This document shows, piece by piece, positions 38,673 through 49,222 of a DNA stretch of 64,000 bases. Numbering within the stretch: position 1 is the stretch's first letter; every line of letters begins with the position of its first letter. The notes beneath the pieces are model-generated. The model had not been told where the DNA came from. It ran no database searches and worked only from the letters and a program-made list of their open reading frames with translations. The DNA comes from Candidatus Anstonellales archaeon. GTDB lineage: Archaea; Micrarchaeota; Micrarchaeia; Anstonellales; J096. The DNA lies in assembly GCA_038890615.1 (NCBI GenBank), contig JAWAFI010000001.1, positions 240,744 to 304,743 of the forward strand, in the 5' to 3' direction. The position numbers and the translations under genes were made by a program.

Positions 38673-39575
38673 ATGGCATCTAAAAGATTAGGCAAAGATG
38701 AGCAGAAAGAAAAGCATCTTGATGAAGACGAATTCCCACTTTCTGGCCTGTTGGAAGAAAGCCACTTAAATAAGGAGCAGTTGGCTGAAAAGATAATAAG
38801 CATGATAAAGAATAAAGAGTTCAAAGAAGTGAAGCTCCTTTCCAGGAAGGTTGCTGAGATCTCACATATAGAAGGCACATCAGCTCAGGCTGCAAGGGTT
38901 TTCAGGGAGCTTCTCAACAACATGAGCAGCACAGAAACAAGGGTTTTTGCAGTGAATGGCCTTACACGGCTCATTGAGCTTGGCTCAAAGGATGCGGTTA
39001 AGGCAATAGTAGACGCCCTTACTGACCCTATCCAAGGGACAAGGGAGGCAGCAGCGCTTTCTATCTCTAAGACATCTGCCCAGTGGTTCACCTTGGCTCC
39101 TGAATCAATGGTAATTCTTAGGGCTTCACTAAGCGACGAAAGCGTTTATGTAAAAGAGAAGATTGTGCTTGCACTTGCCAACTTAGGAGTAAACGGGAAC
39201 CTTGAAGCAATAGGCATTCTTGCTGAGGGCCTCATCAGCAAGGACGCAGAAGCAAGGATCCTTTCAGCTAGGGCAATGGCTTATATATCTTGCAATGTGC
39301 TTCTGCCCCAAAACGCAATAGAAGCCGTTTCCTCCCTCATAGATGACCCCATCTATGAAATAAGAAAGGAGGCACTAACAGCAATTGGTAATGCTGCAGA
39401 AAGGGGGGCTGACATAAAAACCATCATTGCAAGCAAAATCAAGGAAATGGCAATTTCAGAAGGCAAAAATGACGAGCTTCAAAAGATTGCCCAGGAAGCC
39501 CACAGGAAAATCTGCGCTTCTCTTGCCAACAAGGATGAAAGGGAGTTGGCCAAATATATTGCAGATACAGATTAG
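38673..39575 (+). CDS. HEAT-repeat protein
   Basis: Repeated L.D....R..A..AL units. Confidence 0.8.
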   Translation: MASKRLGKDEQKEKHLDEDEFPLSGLLEESHLNKEQLAEKIISMIKNKEFKEVKLLSRKVAEISHIEGTSAQAARVFRELLNNMSSTETRVFAVNGLTRLIELGSKDAVKAIVDALTDPIQGTREAAALSISKTSAQWFTLAPESMVILRASLSDESVYVKEKIVLALANLGVNGNLEAIGILAEGLISKDAEARILSARAMAYISCNVLLPQNAIEAVSSLIDDPIYEIRKEALTAIGNAAERGADIKTIIASKIKEMAISEGKNDELQKIAQEAHRKICASLANKDERELAKYIADTD

Positions 39576-40264
39576 AGCTTGTCAAGCATCTGCTTTATTT
39601 GGGAAAGGTCCTCATTAGTCACAACTATTGGGACATTGTCTTTCTCAGCGAGCTTTATTGCTAGCTTGTCTACCTCTTCTGCTTTAATGCCATGGAGCAC
39701 CACTAATGATGGCTTTGTCATGCTTACGCGAACTACGACCATGGGGCTCCTGCCTGTTGAAACAGAGGTGAATATCAGCGCCCTTTCTGGGATGATCCCA
39801 TAAAGGGATGGGAGCTTGGAAGGAGGTATCTCCATTATTGTGCGTATGCTGTTTATCAAAGTGTAGCCATATATCCTCCTCTGCTCAGCTATCTCTTTCC
39901 CTGAAACGAAAGAGCCTTTTATCATCTCAACAAAAGAGACCACATCTATGGGCTTTGCAAATTCGTGTGGCTCGAAGTAATCGGTGGGCTCATCTGTGTC
40001 AAGAAGCTTGTTTAGCGTTTCCCCTCCTTTTATCTTGTCAATTGCGAAAAGGGTCTCAACAAACCTCTTTATCACTTTTGTGCCAGGGCTTTTCCGCCTT
40101 CCGCTCTCGTAGTCGCTTATTGTAGAGACAGAGATCTTGAGCTGCTTTGCAAGGTCCAGCTGGGTTATGTTGAATATCTCCCTCCATTTTTTCATAGTTG
40201 CTCCTGGCTCGTTTGAAAGAGCAATCTCGCCTGCAATGCTAAGCTTAAGCCTCTCAACGCTCAT
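39572..40264 (-). CDS. Archaeal XRE-HTH transcriptional regulator (COG1709-like)
   Basis: IAGEIALS..PG.TMKKWRE.F, SDYESGRRKSPG, STGRSPMV. Confidence 0.88.
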   Translation of the reverse strand: MSVERLKLSIAGEIALSNEPGATMKKWREIFNITQLDLAKQLKISVSTISDYESGRRKSPGTKVIKRFVETLFAIDKIKGGETLNKLLDTDEPTDYFEPHEFAKPIDVVSFVEMIKGSFVSGKEIAEQRRIYGYTLINSIRTIMEIPPSKLPSLYGIIPERALIFTSVSTGRSPMVVVRVSMTKPSLVVLHGIKAEEVDKLAIKLAEKDNVPIVVTNEDLSQIKQMLDKL

Positions 40265-41555
40265 AATCCCTTATCACCGCTGTATTGTTATTAATCTTTT
40301 CTGTGCGGAAGGAGAAAACCTCATTGTCAGCCATTAGTTTTAGGCGGTTGCCATCATAATAAGCAACTATCTTGAAGTCTGCCTTGCTTGCTTCAGGAAC
40401 AAGTGCTGCTGTTTTCTCTGATTCAAAGATGAAGCCGCACCCTTCCTCGAGCGATGCAAGACCTGGAAGGAGGGAAATGAACTGGTAGTGGGGCTTCCTG
40501 TCAACCATAAAGAACTGGGGCCTTGACTTGCTAAGGTAGGGTCTTAGGGTGTTTTCAAGCCCCCCTGAAAGGCGGACATAAACAGAGGAAATGTCAAGCG
40601 CTTTCATCGCCCCGTCCTTTATCTGCTTGACCCCTCCATTAAGGGTTAGGTATGAGCACCACTTCCGCACAAGGCCTGCTGCCTTCCTCAACTCAATTGC
40701 CTTTTCCCGCCCCTCAAGAACTTTTAGCTTAGTGAGCTGGTAAAGAGGGTTTGTTGAATAGAAGGGGGAAAGGAAGGTCTTTGAGAAATCTGCCTTGAAC
40801 ATTGTTGCCCTGTTCTTGAACTCTGCTTCTGAGAGTATAAAAGCAAGGAAATCGTTTGCGCTCCACCCTGCCTTTTTGCCATAAGCCTCTGCAAGCGAGA
40901 TTACATCAACTGCATAGGATGAGCTTGCTGAAACCTCCTGCTCCCTCTCTTCCATTATCTTGCCTTCCTCCCATGGCTCGTCAAACACTGCAAGGAAAGA
41001 GGTATTTATTATCGTAGGGTAGTAGGGTGTGGAAAAGCCGGCAATGAAATTCTTCGCCTCTGGATATATCAGAGAAAGATAGTTTTCAGGAGGCAACTCC
41101 TCAGAGTAGAGGAACCTCCAGCCCTTTTCCATAATGTACCATTCTACCTTGAATGATCCCTTATCCATGCTTGCAAAAGCAATGCTTGAGGCAGGTATTT
41201 CGCTGAACTGCTCGGCTTCACTTGGGCTTACTGGTTGATTTAGCGGCTTTGAGGCAGTGCCGCCATGCCTATCCACCTTATCTATGCTTACCTTTTGCTT
41301 TGAAGGCAGATAATAGAATGCCTTTCCTGCCTTGTATGTGCCCCTTGTCTTTTCAATGATATCCTCAAGCACCATTCGGGCCAAAAAGAACTCATCAGTG
41401 CCTCCTATTATGCTTTCAAGGCATGACTGCTTTTCAGGGGCCTCTATCGATGCAACCAGCTCTTCTATCTTCAGGCCTCTCTCAAGCGCCTCTGCCCTTG
41501 CGTTAGTGCCAAAGACAGCATTTATCTGCTCTATTGCAGCGCTCGCCCTCATCAT
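40254..41555 (-). CDS. Hypothetical protein
   Basis: 433-aa ORF overlapping both neighbours in the same direction. Confidence 0.6.
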   Translation of the reverse strand: MMRASAAIEQINAVFGTNARAEALERGLKIEELVASIEAPEKQSCLESIIGGTDEFFLARMVLEDIIEKTRGTYKAGKAFYYLPSKQKVSIDKVDRHGGTASKPLNQPVSPSEAEQFSEIPASSIAFASMDKGSFKVEWYIMEKGWRFLYSEELPPENYLSLIYPEAKNFIAGFSTPYYPTIINTSFLAVFDEPWEEGKIMEEREQEVSASSSYAVDVISLAEAYGKKAGWSANDFLAFILSEAEFKNRATMFKADFSKTFLSPFYSTNPLYQLTKLKVLEGREKAIELRKAAGLVRKWCSYLTLNGGVKQIKDGAMKALDISSVYVRLSGGLENTLRPYLSKSRPQFFMVDRKPHYQFISLLPGLASLEEGCGFIFESEKTAALVPEASKADFKIVAYYDGNRLKLMADNEVFSFRTEKINNNTAVIRDYER

Positions 41556-42313
41556 TTCCCACCTATCCTGCTAAGAAGCGCTGCCCCTAGCAAGAGCGAA
41601 GAAAATCCCCGTAGGTCGCTTATGAAAGAGAAGAAAGACGGCGCCTGCCTCTTGAAAATATCCAAAAGGAGGAAAAGAGAGACCTTTTTCTCCATAAGCT
41701 TCTTTAGCACCTTCTCAACCATCTGTGCATTCTTTTTTGTCCACCCTCCATTTCTTATTATTGTTGGAGCAGTAAAGCGAAGGAAAGCAGAGCGCACTAT
41801 GTATGGCTGTGCCCTAAGTTCCTTTACTATCCCTTCAAAGCCATCTATTGACTCAAGCGACATGAGCTGCTTGTCTATCTCTGCCTTGTTTATTGTTGAA
41901 GCCTCCCTTATGAATTGCTCAACTGCTGCTTCCCTCTTGTATCCTGCCTTTGAAAGTATCTCCTGCGCTATTGCTTTGTTCCTTACTATTGTCTTCACCG
42001 GCTCCTTGACCTCTTTCCATTTTATTGAAGTAGGCAGCTCTCCCTCTGCCTCTTTTGGGTCATTCTTGGAAAGCGCTTTCTCTACCCTCTCAATGTCCTC
42101 CTTCGATTGCTGCCTATCTATGAATGAGAGGAGAGAAACAAGGGAGGAGTTTGTATCGTGGTACTTGCGCAGCTCTTCAAGCCTTTTCTGCACCTCCTTG
42201 TCCTTCTCTGATTTCTCAAGAAGGATTATCTGTTGCCTAATCTCCTCTGCGTCAAGTATGTTGAAAGCTTGGAAAGCTGCTTCCTTTTTCTTAACGACGC
42301 TTTCTTGAGCCAT
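41552..42313 (-). CDS. Hypothetical protein
   Basis: 253-aa helical K/E-rich ORF in the same operon. Confidence 0.6.
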   Translation of the reverse strand: MAQESVVKKKEAAFQAFNILDAEEIRQQIILLEKSEKDKEVQKRLEELRKYHDTNSSLVSLLSFIDRQQSKEDIERVEKALSKNDPKEAEGELPTSIKWKEVKEPVKTIVRNKAIAQEILSKAGYKREAAVEQFIREASTINKAEIDKQLMSLESIDGFEGIVKELRAQPYIVRSAFLRFTAPTIIRNGGWTKKNAQMVEKVLKKLMEKKVSLFLLLDIFKRQAPSFFSFISDLRGFSSLLLGAALLSRIGGK

Positions 42314-43058
42314 CCCTTACTGCCCCCACCATTAGCTTGAGCATCTTCTCTGCATTGCCTTTCTCAAAGGCAGTGCCTACTTGTATTCCGCTTGCACCTG
42401 CGCTTATTATGCCCTTTGCTTGCTCAGGAGACCTTATGCCTCCTGCGACTATGTAGGGAATGTCTATAACTGAAGAAACTGCCTTTACCATTTCAACAGG
42501 CACGGGCTCAGGGGAAGCGCTTCCAGCATCAGTTATGAATATGCCGAAGCCGGAGTATTGCGCAGAAAGCCCATACATGGCAGCTATCTGGGGCTTGTTC
42601 CTTGGTATTGCCTGCGCTTGACCTATGTAGCCCACAGTGCCTCCTGGCTCAACAACCACATAGGCTGTTGGAATAGGCTCTATCCCAAGCTGCCTCACAA
42701 CAGGGGCCCCTTGGAGCTGGGCCCTGCTTATCCAATAAGGGTTGATGGAGTTCAGCATTGACATAAAATAGACGGCATCAGCATACTTTGTCAGAGTGCC
42801 TATGTTGCCTGGGAACAATATAACAGGAAGGGAAACACTCTCTTTTACTGCCTTGGTTATTTCATCAAGCATAGTGCCCTGCACTCCAATGCTTCCGCCT
42901 ATTAGAAGCGCATCAGCCCCTGCCTTCTCTGCTGTTCTTGCAGTGCTTATGAGGTGGGCTGAGCTTGGGTGGTCAAGAGGGTCAAGCACCACAAAAAGCA
43001 TCCCCTTGCCATTCTCTGCCATTTCCTCTATGTACTTAAGGACTTTGAGCTTCTTCAT
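42291..43058 (-). CDS. Geranylgeranylglyceryl phosphate synthase
   Basis: LDP, IGGS, PVILFPG, ADAVYFMSMLNS.NPYWI, AGS, GGIRS, GT. Confidence 0.93.
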   Translation of the reverse strand: MKKLKVLKYIEEMAENGKGMLFVVLDPLDHPSSAHLISTARTAEKAGADALLIGGSIGVQGTMLDEITKAVKESVSLPVILFPGNIGTLTKYADAVYFMSMLNSINPYWISRAQLQGAPVVRQLGIEPIPTAYVVVEPGGTVGYIGQAQAIPRNKPQIAAMYGLSAQYSGFGIFITDAGSASPEPVPVEMVKAVSSVIDIPYIVAGGIRSPEQAKGIISAGASGIQVGTAFEKGNAEKMLKLMVGAVRDGSRKRR

Positions 43059-43132
43059 GCCTCTATAATGTTAGGAGCATTTTAAACCCTTTACCCCTTG
43101 GCTTTTTGCCTAAATTGGCGCCATGGTTTTGA

Positions 43133-45967
43133 TTATTTGGCTGGTTTTTTTGGCTTGTCTTTTTCTTCTGGCTTTTCAGTTTTCTTCTTTTCCTTTTCAA
43201 AGGTATCAGAAGCTTTTTCAGGAGGAACTGCAAATTCTCCTTCTTCTTCATAAGTGCCCTTGGAAAACCTCCCTCCTCCTGTATCCACCTTTATCTTTAT
43301 AATCCCTCTTAATCTTTTTGTCCCTCTGCCCTCTTCTGTAGGCAGTGTCGTTATGGCTTCATCCGCCATTCTTAAAATCCTCTCTGCTTTCTCAACTGCT
43401 TCCTTTATTATTTCAGGCCACTGGCTGCCTTTCTCTGGATTGTCAAGCTCTTTGCGCCAACTACTTATCACTTCCTTTGCCTTGTTGACTTCTTTTTCAC
43501 TGAGCTGAGATGCCGTCTCTGCAAGCGTCTCTATTGCAAAAGCCCTAGTCATAGGCACGTATGGGGTATCCTTGTTCATTACCTCCCAGCCTATGTCTAC
43601 GATAGTATTGAAGGTATCTGGCATTGTTGAAGCAACGAACATTGCCATCCTCCTGCAATTAGGAGATGTATTGACTGAAGTAAAAAGGTTGAAAAGGTCT
43701 ATTTTGAAAATTTCTAGATCTTCTTTTTCTTGCCCAATGAGGACTTTCTCAAGCCAAGCCATTTTCTTTGTGTTATTGTCAATGCCAAGCGTTTTGCCCT
43801 TAAGGCCGCTTGGAAGCTCAAAATCCATTATCTCTCTCAATTCTTTGATAAGCCTTTCCTTTTCTTCATTGTTCCCTCCTTGTTCTTTTATGGCTTCCCA
43901 TCTCTTGTGGATAAGCAAAATCTTCTCTACTGCAATCTCGTTAATAAGTGAAGGGAATGAGCTCATAAAGTCGCTAGCCTTTTCCTTTACTTTTTCGCTG
44001 TAGTGCTTGTATCTTTCCCCGTAAGCATTAGGTAATATTGCATTTTCCAGCTTCAAGTATAGGATAGGCAGGCCTAGCCAATTTCCGTCCTTCCTAAGCA
44101 GCCTTATGTAGTTGTCTATTGCCTTTGAAAGAGAAGCAACGCAATAGTCCTTTATTGCAATAATATCATTTTCGCTAAGCTCTTTGGCAGATGATTTTAT
44201 GTCAGCTTTTAGCTCATCAATAAGCCTAGCATAAAACCCCCCTTTTGCGTAGAGGTCAATTGAAAAGAACTTGGCTTCCTTAAGCAGATCTACTTTGCCT
44301 TCTGCTGCTTTCAGTATCTTGCTAGCAACAACCATTATCCTTTCTTCTATGCTTTGGCCCTCTGTAGCTGGGAGAATTTCAATTGCCTGAGCCAAAAAAT
44401 AAACCCAGTTCTTGAATGTTTCTTTGATTATTCCCTTGCTTTCAGGCGTTATGCCAAGATCAAGCCAAGAGCTTAAATCAACAAGCTTCTCCTCAATGTT
44501 TTTTGAATCATCATCATTGAGCCTTCTTATTGCCACGGTGGTTGCATATGCCCTCATGTCCAACGGCTTGGATGAATCAACAGCATACTTTAATGCTTCC
44601 TGCAATCCCATATTCATTAACGAAAGCTTTTTTTCTACTTTATTTATCTCATTCCTGCAAACCTCAACAGAATCCATATATTGCTGCGAATATCTTGAGG
44701 AAGTCTCCAAGTACTTTGTTGCATCAACCGCTTTAGAAAAAAGATCCTGCGCTGTCTTTCCTGAGCTTGAAAACATAGGTATGACCTTCACAAACTTCTC
44801 AAATAAGTCAATAACAATTGATTCCTTGAGCTTTTGGTAAGAATCTCCTGCCTTCACTCCTTTTGACATTATGCTGAACATTTCCCTAAGCGCCTCTTCT
44901 CTCTTCTTTTTGTCTGAGTGGCTTGATGCTGCTTCGTACAGGATTTTGTTTGCCTCCTTGCCAAACTTATCCTTGAGGTTATCTGGAATCTCTTTTGCTA
45001 TGGACCACAAGTACAGCGACTTGAAATCCTTTGAGCGGCTCAGCGTTTCAATCAGCTCTTCAATCAAAAGCCTTCTCTTTTCCCTTGCAACATCCTTTAT
45101 CTTTTTGATTGTGTCTACCATCTCTCTATGGACACTAGCATCAAAGTCGTAGGTAGGCTCAGAAAGCATGTCAGTGAGCGCAGCGATGCTCTGCCTTAGG
45201 TAATCGTTGTTGCCTAAGTTCAATGAGCTGAGCCCCATTGAGAAGTATATATCTGCTGCCCTATTTGCTGCCTTCACCCTAGGCTTAAATGGGAGGTCTT
45301 CCCTCCTTGCTATTGCCTCAAGCTCTGAAGCCAGGACGATTACTTCTGGGGAATGTGGGGATACATCAAAAGAAAGGGATGAGTATTCCAAGGATTTTAT
45401 CTCTATTGCTGTGTTGACTGCATCTTCCAGCTTGGAATCAGCATAATCGCTTACTTTCCTGAACACCTCTTCGTTGTAATAGGTAGCGAGTTCTTCTGCA
45501 AGCTTCTTAGGGTATCTCTTAACGCTTTCAAAATCCCCCTGCTTCACCATCATGTCAATCCTCTGCATGGACAGCTCTGTTATGAAAGAGAATGCCATCT
45601 CCTTGAGCTTCTTGTCCTTGCTCTTCTTTGCAAGCTCAAGCAAGGATAGTATTGATGTTATCTCCCCTTTTTCAGCCAGGGTGTTGAAGTAGTTGGTGTA
45701 TGTCTCCTTTGTCCTTTCCTTTATTCTGTTCATGTCGTAGCCGCTGCTATTTATTATTTGGTCTTCAAGCAATGCCTTTAGACCTTCTGGAGAGCCTGCT
45801 CTTGCACAAAGGTCTGCTGCTTCATCTATTGCCTTTTCAAAAAGCGCTTCAAGCTCTTTCTCCAGCCCTATTGCATGGGGGCTCTTGAGGAGTATGTATA
45901 TCCCAATGTAGTTACCTGATTTTGCCTCTGCCTCAGCTTCCTCAATTATTTTGCTAGTGGCGTCCAT
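43133..45967 (-). CDS. Large hypothetical alpha-helical protein
   Basis: ~944-aa helical ORF with a charged low-complexity C-tail; no motif recognised. Confidence 0.65.
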   Translation of the reverse strand: MDATSKIIEEAEAEAKSGNYIGIYILLKSPHAIGLEKELEALFEKAIDEAADLCARAGSPEGLKALLEDQIINSSGYDMNRIKERTKETYTNYFNTLAEKGEITSILSLLELAKKSKDKKLKEMAFSFITELSMQRIDMMVKQGDFESVKRYPKKLAEELATYYNEEVFRKVSDYADSKLEDAVNTAIEIKSLEYSSLSFDVSPHSPEVIVLASELEAIARREDLPFKPRVKAANRAADIYFSMGLSSLNLGNNDYLRQSIAALTDMLSEPTYDFDASVHREMVDTIKKIKDVAREKRRLLIEELIETLSRSKDFKSLYLWSIAKEIPDNLKDKFGKEANKILYEAASSHSDKKKREEALREMFSIMSKGVKAGDSYQKLKESIVIDLFEKFVKVIPMFSSSGKTAQDLFSKAVDATKYLETSSRYSQQYMDSVEVCRNEINKVEKKLSLMNMGLQEALKYAVDSSKPLDMRAYATTVAIRRLNDDDSKNIEEKLVDLSSWLDLGITPESKGIIKETFKNWVYFLAQAIEILPATEGQSIEERIMVVASKILKAAEGKVDLLKEAKFFSIDLYAKGGFYARLIDELKADIKSSAKELSENDIIAIKDYCVASLSKAIDNYIRLLRKDGNWLGLPILYLKLENAILPNAYGERYKHYSEKVKEKASDFMSSFPSLINEIAVEKILLIHKRWEAIKEQGGNNEEKERLIKELREIMDFELPSGLKGKTLGIDNNTKKMAWLEKVLIGQEKEDLEIFKIDLFNLFTSVNTSPNCRRMAMFVASTMPDTFNTIVDIGWEVMNKDTPYVPMTRAFAIETLAETASQLSEKEVNKAKEVISSWRKELDNPEKGSQWPEIIKEAVEKAERILRMADEAITTLPTEEGRGTKRLRGIIKIKVDTGGGRFSKGTYEEEGEFAVPPEKASDTFEKEKKKTEKPEEKDKPKKPAK

Positions 45968-46053
45968 AATATTATGGCATTGCTGTTTTTTTAAAAGCTT
46001 TGCGAGCAAGGCAAAAAGCAAAGTGTTTTAAAAAGGAAAAATGATAATTATGC

Positions 46054-46512
46054 ATGAGAAAGAACAAGACGCCTGATATTTTCATGCCTAAGAATAAGAA
46101 AGTCAAGAATGAGGTGCTTGAAGAAGATATTTATGAATGGAGGCTTAGCGTAAAGGAGCTGTCCGGGCCTCTCAAGAATTTTTTTAGCAAAGGGAGAATG
46201 GACCTAGATCTTCTTGTATCTTGCTTAAAGAATACAGACATGGCAATAAGGGTTGATGCCCTGTGGCTAACTAAGAGGCTTATTGATAAGAAAAAGATAG
46301 AGGACCCTCTTCAATTTGCCAAAATGCTCAGAGACATGGAAGTGCCAAAAAACTGCCTAGAGCCTTTTCAGGCAGCGCTGTACATATACGGGAAGGTAGG
46401 GGGGAAAGAACACCTAAAGATCATAGAAGAGGCCCTTCAACACAAGAATTATTTCATAAGAATGGAAGCAAAGAGGGCCATAAGCATGATGAAAAGGAGG
46501 AAGATCATCTAA
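46054..46512 (+). CDS. HEAT-repeat-like protein
   Basis: L.NTD..IRVDA and ALQH.NYFIR.EA..AI units. Confidence 0.65.
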   Translation: MRKNKTPDIFMPKNKKVKNEVLEEDIYEWRLSVKELSGPLKNFFSKGRMDLDLLVSCLKNTDMAIRVDALWLTKRLIDKKKIEDPLQFAKMLRDMEVPKNCLEPFQAALYIYGKVGGKEHLKIIEEALQHKNYFIRMEAKRAISMMKRRKII

Positions 46513-47389
46513 GGGCTTTATAAGCAGAAACCATCTCCTCTATCCCTTTTTCTATAGGAGTCTCAGAAAAGCCAAGCTCCTTCTTTGCCTTCTCGCAGTT
46601 GAACAGCCTGTGCTTTGCTAGTATGTTTATGTGCTCAGTGGTTATTGCTGGCTTCTGAAAAAACAGCATCTCCCTTAGCTTTGTGCCAAAAAATGCAACA
46701 GCATAAGGGACTCGCTTTGTTATTTTTGGCACCCTTAAAAGCTCTGCTGCTGTGTCAATAATTTCCTGCTGGCTTGCACCTCTCCCTGCCACAACGAAAA
46801 GCCCTTTTTTAATGAGCGCAGCACTGAAAGCTTTAGCAGCATCCTTTACATGTGTGAAAGGTATGTTGTTCTTTCCATCGCCTATTATGGCAAATTCCCC
46901 TTTCTCTATCATCCTGAGCACCCTGAAATAGTCTTGGAACTGCGGGCCATAGAGCGGGCCTATCCTAAGTACTGCATAACTCTTCCTTGCCATAATTACT
47001 CTCTCTGCCTCTGCCTTTGACTTTGCATAGGGGGTATCAGGCCTTATGGGGGTTAGCTCATCTGCTCCACTGGGCACATCCTTTCCATACACTGAGATGG
47101 AGCTTGCCAAGACGAAGTGTGCATCTTCTGGAAGCGCTTGGCAAAGGGTTTTTGTGAGCTCGGCGTTGGTTTTCCAAAGCTCAGCTGAATCAAGGAAATT
47201 GGTTGAGCCAGCTATATGCACAAGCGCATCTGCGCCCTCAAGGATTCTTGAAAGCCCTTTAAGGGAGAAATCAGAAACTACCTCATTCTTGAGCCCTTTT
47301 GGGGCTCTCACGAGCGGGATTGCGTTCTTCAGCAATGGAAGGACTGATGAGCCAAGCCTGCCTGAGGCGCCTGTTATAAAAACAGCCAT
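46505..47389 (-). CDS. NAD-dependent epimerase/dehydratase (extended SDR)
   Basis: TGASGRLG, SS.SVYG, YAKSK, YGP; true start MAVFITG at 47389. Confidence 0.92.
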   Translation of the reverse strand: MAVFITGASGRLGSSVLPLLKNAIPLVRAPKGLKNEVVSDFSLKGLSRILEGADALVHIAGSTNFLDSAELWKTNAELTKTLCQALPEDAHFVLASSISVYGKDVPSGADELTPIRPDTPYAKSKAEAERVIMARKSYAVLRIGPLYGPQFQDYFRVLRMIEKGEFAIIGDGKNNIPFTHVKDAAKAFSAALIKKGLFVVAGRGASQQEIIDTAAELLRVPKITKRVPYAVAFFGTKLREMLFFQKPAITTEHINILAKHRLFNCEKAKKELGFSETPIEKGIEEMVSAYKALR

Positions 47390-47437
47390 AGAAATAGTTG
47401 GGCAGGGGATTAAAAAGCTTGGCTGGGATAAGTGCGC

Positions 47438-47854
47438 ATGGCAAAGAAAGAGCAAGAATTCCCAGAGCCAACAGCAGGGGCTCTCATATTCAACAAGGAT
47501 GGCAAGATTTTCCTGATGCGCTCGCACAAGTGGAGGGGCAAATGGGTTATGCCAGGAGGGCATATTGAGCTTGGCGAAACTATTGAGCAAGCACTTAGGA
47601 GGGAGGTCTTTGAGGAAACAGGCCTTAAGGTTTATGGGATAAGGTTCCTTGGCATACAGGAGTTCATATTTGACAAGGCCTTCTGGAAAAAAAGGCACTT
47701 CATATTCTTTGATTTTGCGTGCAAAACAAGGGGCTCAAAAGTGAAGCTCAATGATGAGGGGAGCGAATACGGCTGGTTCACCCCAAAGGAAGCCTTTAAG
47801 ATGGAAACAGAGCCATACACTAAAAGAGCAATAAGGATGTGCCTCAAGAGTTAG
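47438..47854 (+). CDS. NUDIX hydrolase
   Basis: Nudix box GGHIELGETIEQALRREVFEETGL. Confidence 0.95.
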   Translation: MAKKEQEFPEPTAGALIFNKDGKIFLMRSHKWRGKWVMPGGHIELGETIEQALRREVFEETGLKVYGIRFLGIQEFIFDKAFWKKRHFIFFDFACKTRGSKVKLNDEGSEYGWFTPKEAFKMETEPYTKRAIRMCLKS

Positions 47855-49121
47855 ATTGCTGCTCTTTGCCTTTCGTGCCCTGTTTTTCTGGCTCTTGCCT
47901 TGCCCCTTTTGCAGCAAAAGGCACAAGGAAAGTGGAAGCAACTATGCTCATGACTATTATGTAAAGGGATATTTCAGGGAAAGAAGCCACCTCAGAAGCT
48001 ATGCTTGTTAGGTGGTCTGTTCCTCCCTGAGGAATGGCCTGCCCTATCTTCATCATTGGGTAGGTGGCTAAAACAGCTGTTGCAAGCCCCCTTGGCCCTA
48101 TTGCTGTTATTATGCTTTTATAATCTGCAAGCTGGGAGCCCATTGTTGAAACAAGCGCTGAGGCATACCTTATGATGAGAAGGAGCGCCACAAGCCCGAT
48201 TGAGAGGTAAAACTCGAATGAAAGGCTCACTGAAACTATTGCCCCTAAGAAGACGAAGAAGAAAGTTCTTACAAGGAATGAAACCTCTGACTGGAACTCT
48301 GTAAATGTAAACCTATTGCCGCTGTTTTCTATCCTGAATGCCCTCCTTATCAGCTGCTCATTCCCGAAAACAAGCCCGAAGGCAAGCACAGAGATTGCGC
48401 CACTGCCTGAAAGGAACTCTACAAAAGTATAGAGCAGAAGCACAAGGGCAAATGTTATCATGTAGTTGTAGCCCTTTTCTATGTGGTCAAGCAAGATAAA
48501 AGAGAGGATCCCTATTATAAGCCCAAGGAATATGCCTATTGAGAACTTGCTGGCAACTCCCTGCAATATTGACTGCACATCTATGCTGCCTGAGATCAGC
48601 GCCTGTGTAAGCACTATCACTATGATTATTGAGAAAACATCTGTTATTGAGGACTCAAGCGTAAGGAACTGGGAAACCTCTGAAGGCACTTTGAGCCCCC
48701 TGAGCATTGATATTGTCACTGTAGCCCCTGTGCCCCCTATTATTGCCCCGAGTATGCCTCCTGCTATAAGGCTTATGCCAAGCAAGTAGTTTAGCAGCAC
48801 GGCGCAGGAAATGATTGAGAGCGCCATTATTATTGTTGACATAAGCAAGACCCTTCCGCTCTTGAACATTACCAAGTCTAAGTCAAGCGAAAGCCCGCCG
48901 TCAAAAAGCAGTATCACAAGTGCAAGGATTGAAAAAAATTCCTGCATGCCTATAATGGAGGATGGCTCAACATAGCCAGCTGCCTTAAGGCCATAGCCCA
49001 CAAGAAGCAAGAGGAGTATGCTCGGTATGCTGAACCTCTTTGCAATGAGCTCGCCCAAGTAGCCAATGAAAACTATGCCACCAAGCATGAGAAAAAGCAT
49101 GTCAACAGAAAGGGCCACCAT
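47844..49121 (-). CDS. Cation:proton antiporter (CPA1/NhaP-like)
   Basis: LFDGG, LESSITD, FFFVFLG, GPRGLATAVLA; about 13 TM helices. Confidence 0.9.
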   Translation of the reverse strand: MVALSVDMLFLMLGGIVFIGYLGELIAKRFSIPSILLLLLVGYGLKAAGYVEPSSIIGMQEFFSILALVILLFDGGLSLDLDLVMFKSGRVLLMSTIIMALSIISCAVLLNYLLGISLIAGGILGAIIGGTGATVTISMLRGLKVPSEVSQFLTLESSITDVFSIIIVIVLTQALISGSIDVQSILQGVASKFSIGIFLGLIIGILSFILLDHIEKGYNYMITFALVLLLYTFVEFLSGSGAISVLAFGLVFGNEQLIRRAFRIENSGNRFTFTEFQSEVSFLVRTFFFVFLGAIVSVSLSFEFYLSIGLVALLLIIRYASALVSTMGSQLADYKSIITAIGPRGLATAVLATYPMMKIGQAIPQGGTDHLTSIASEVASFPEISLYIIVMSIVASTFLVPFAAKGARQEPEKQGTKGKEQQSNS

Positions 49122-49222
49122 GGCTATGGATGGAAAGGTGGTATATTAAATCTTTTGGCTTGAAACCAAAGAGGCATAACCTTTTAATGAAATCAAGCGA
49201 TATTTAGCATGGGTAGATATGG

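Noticed and set aside
41622..42308. Long antisense ORFs (also 8770-9414, 22222-22791 and others)
   Set aside because: Ser/Phe/Leu-rich shadows of K/E-rich genes on the opposite strand.
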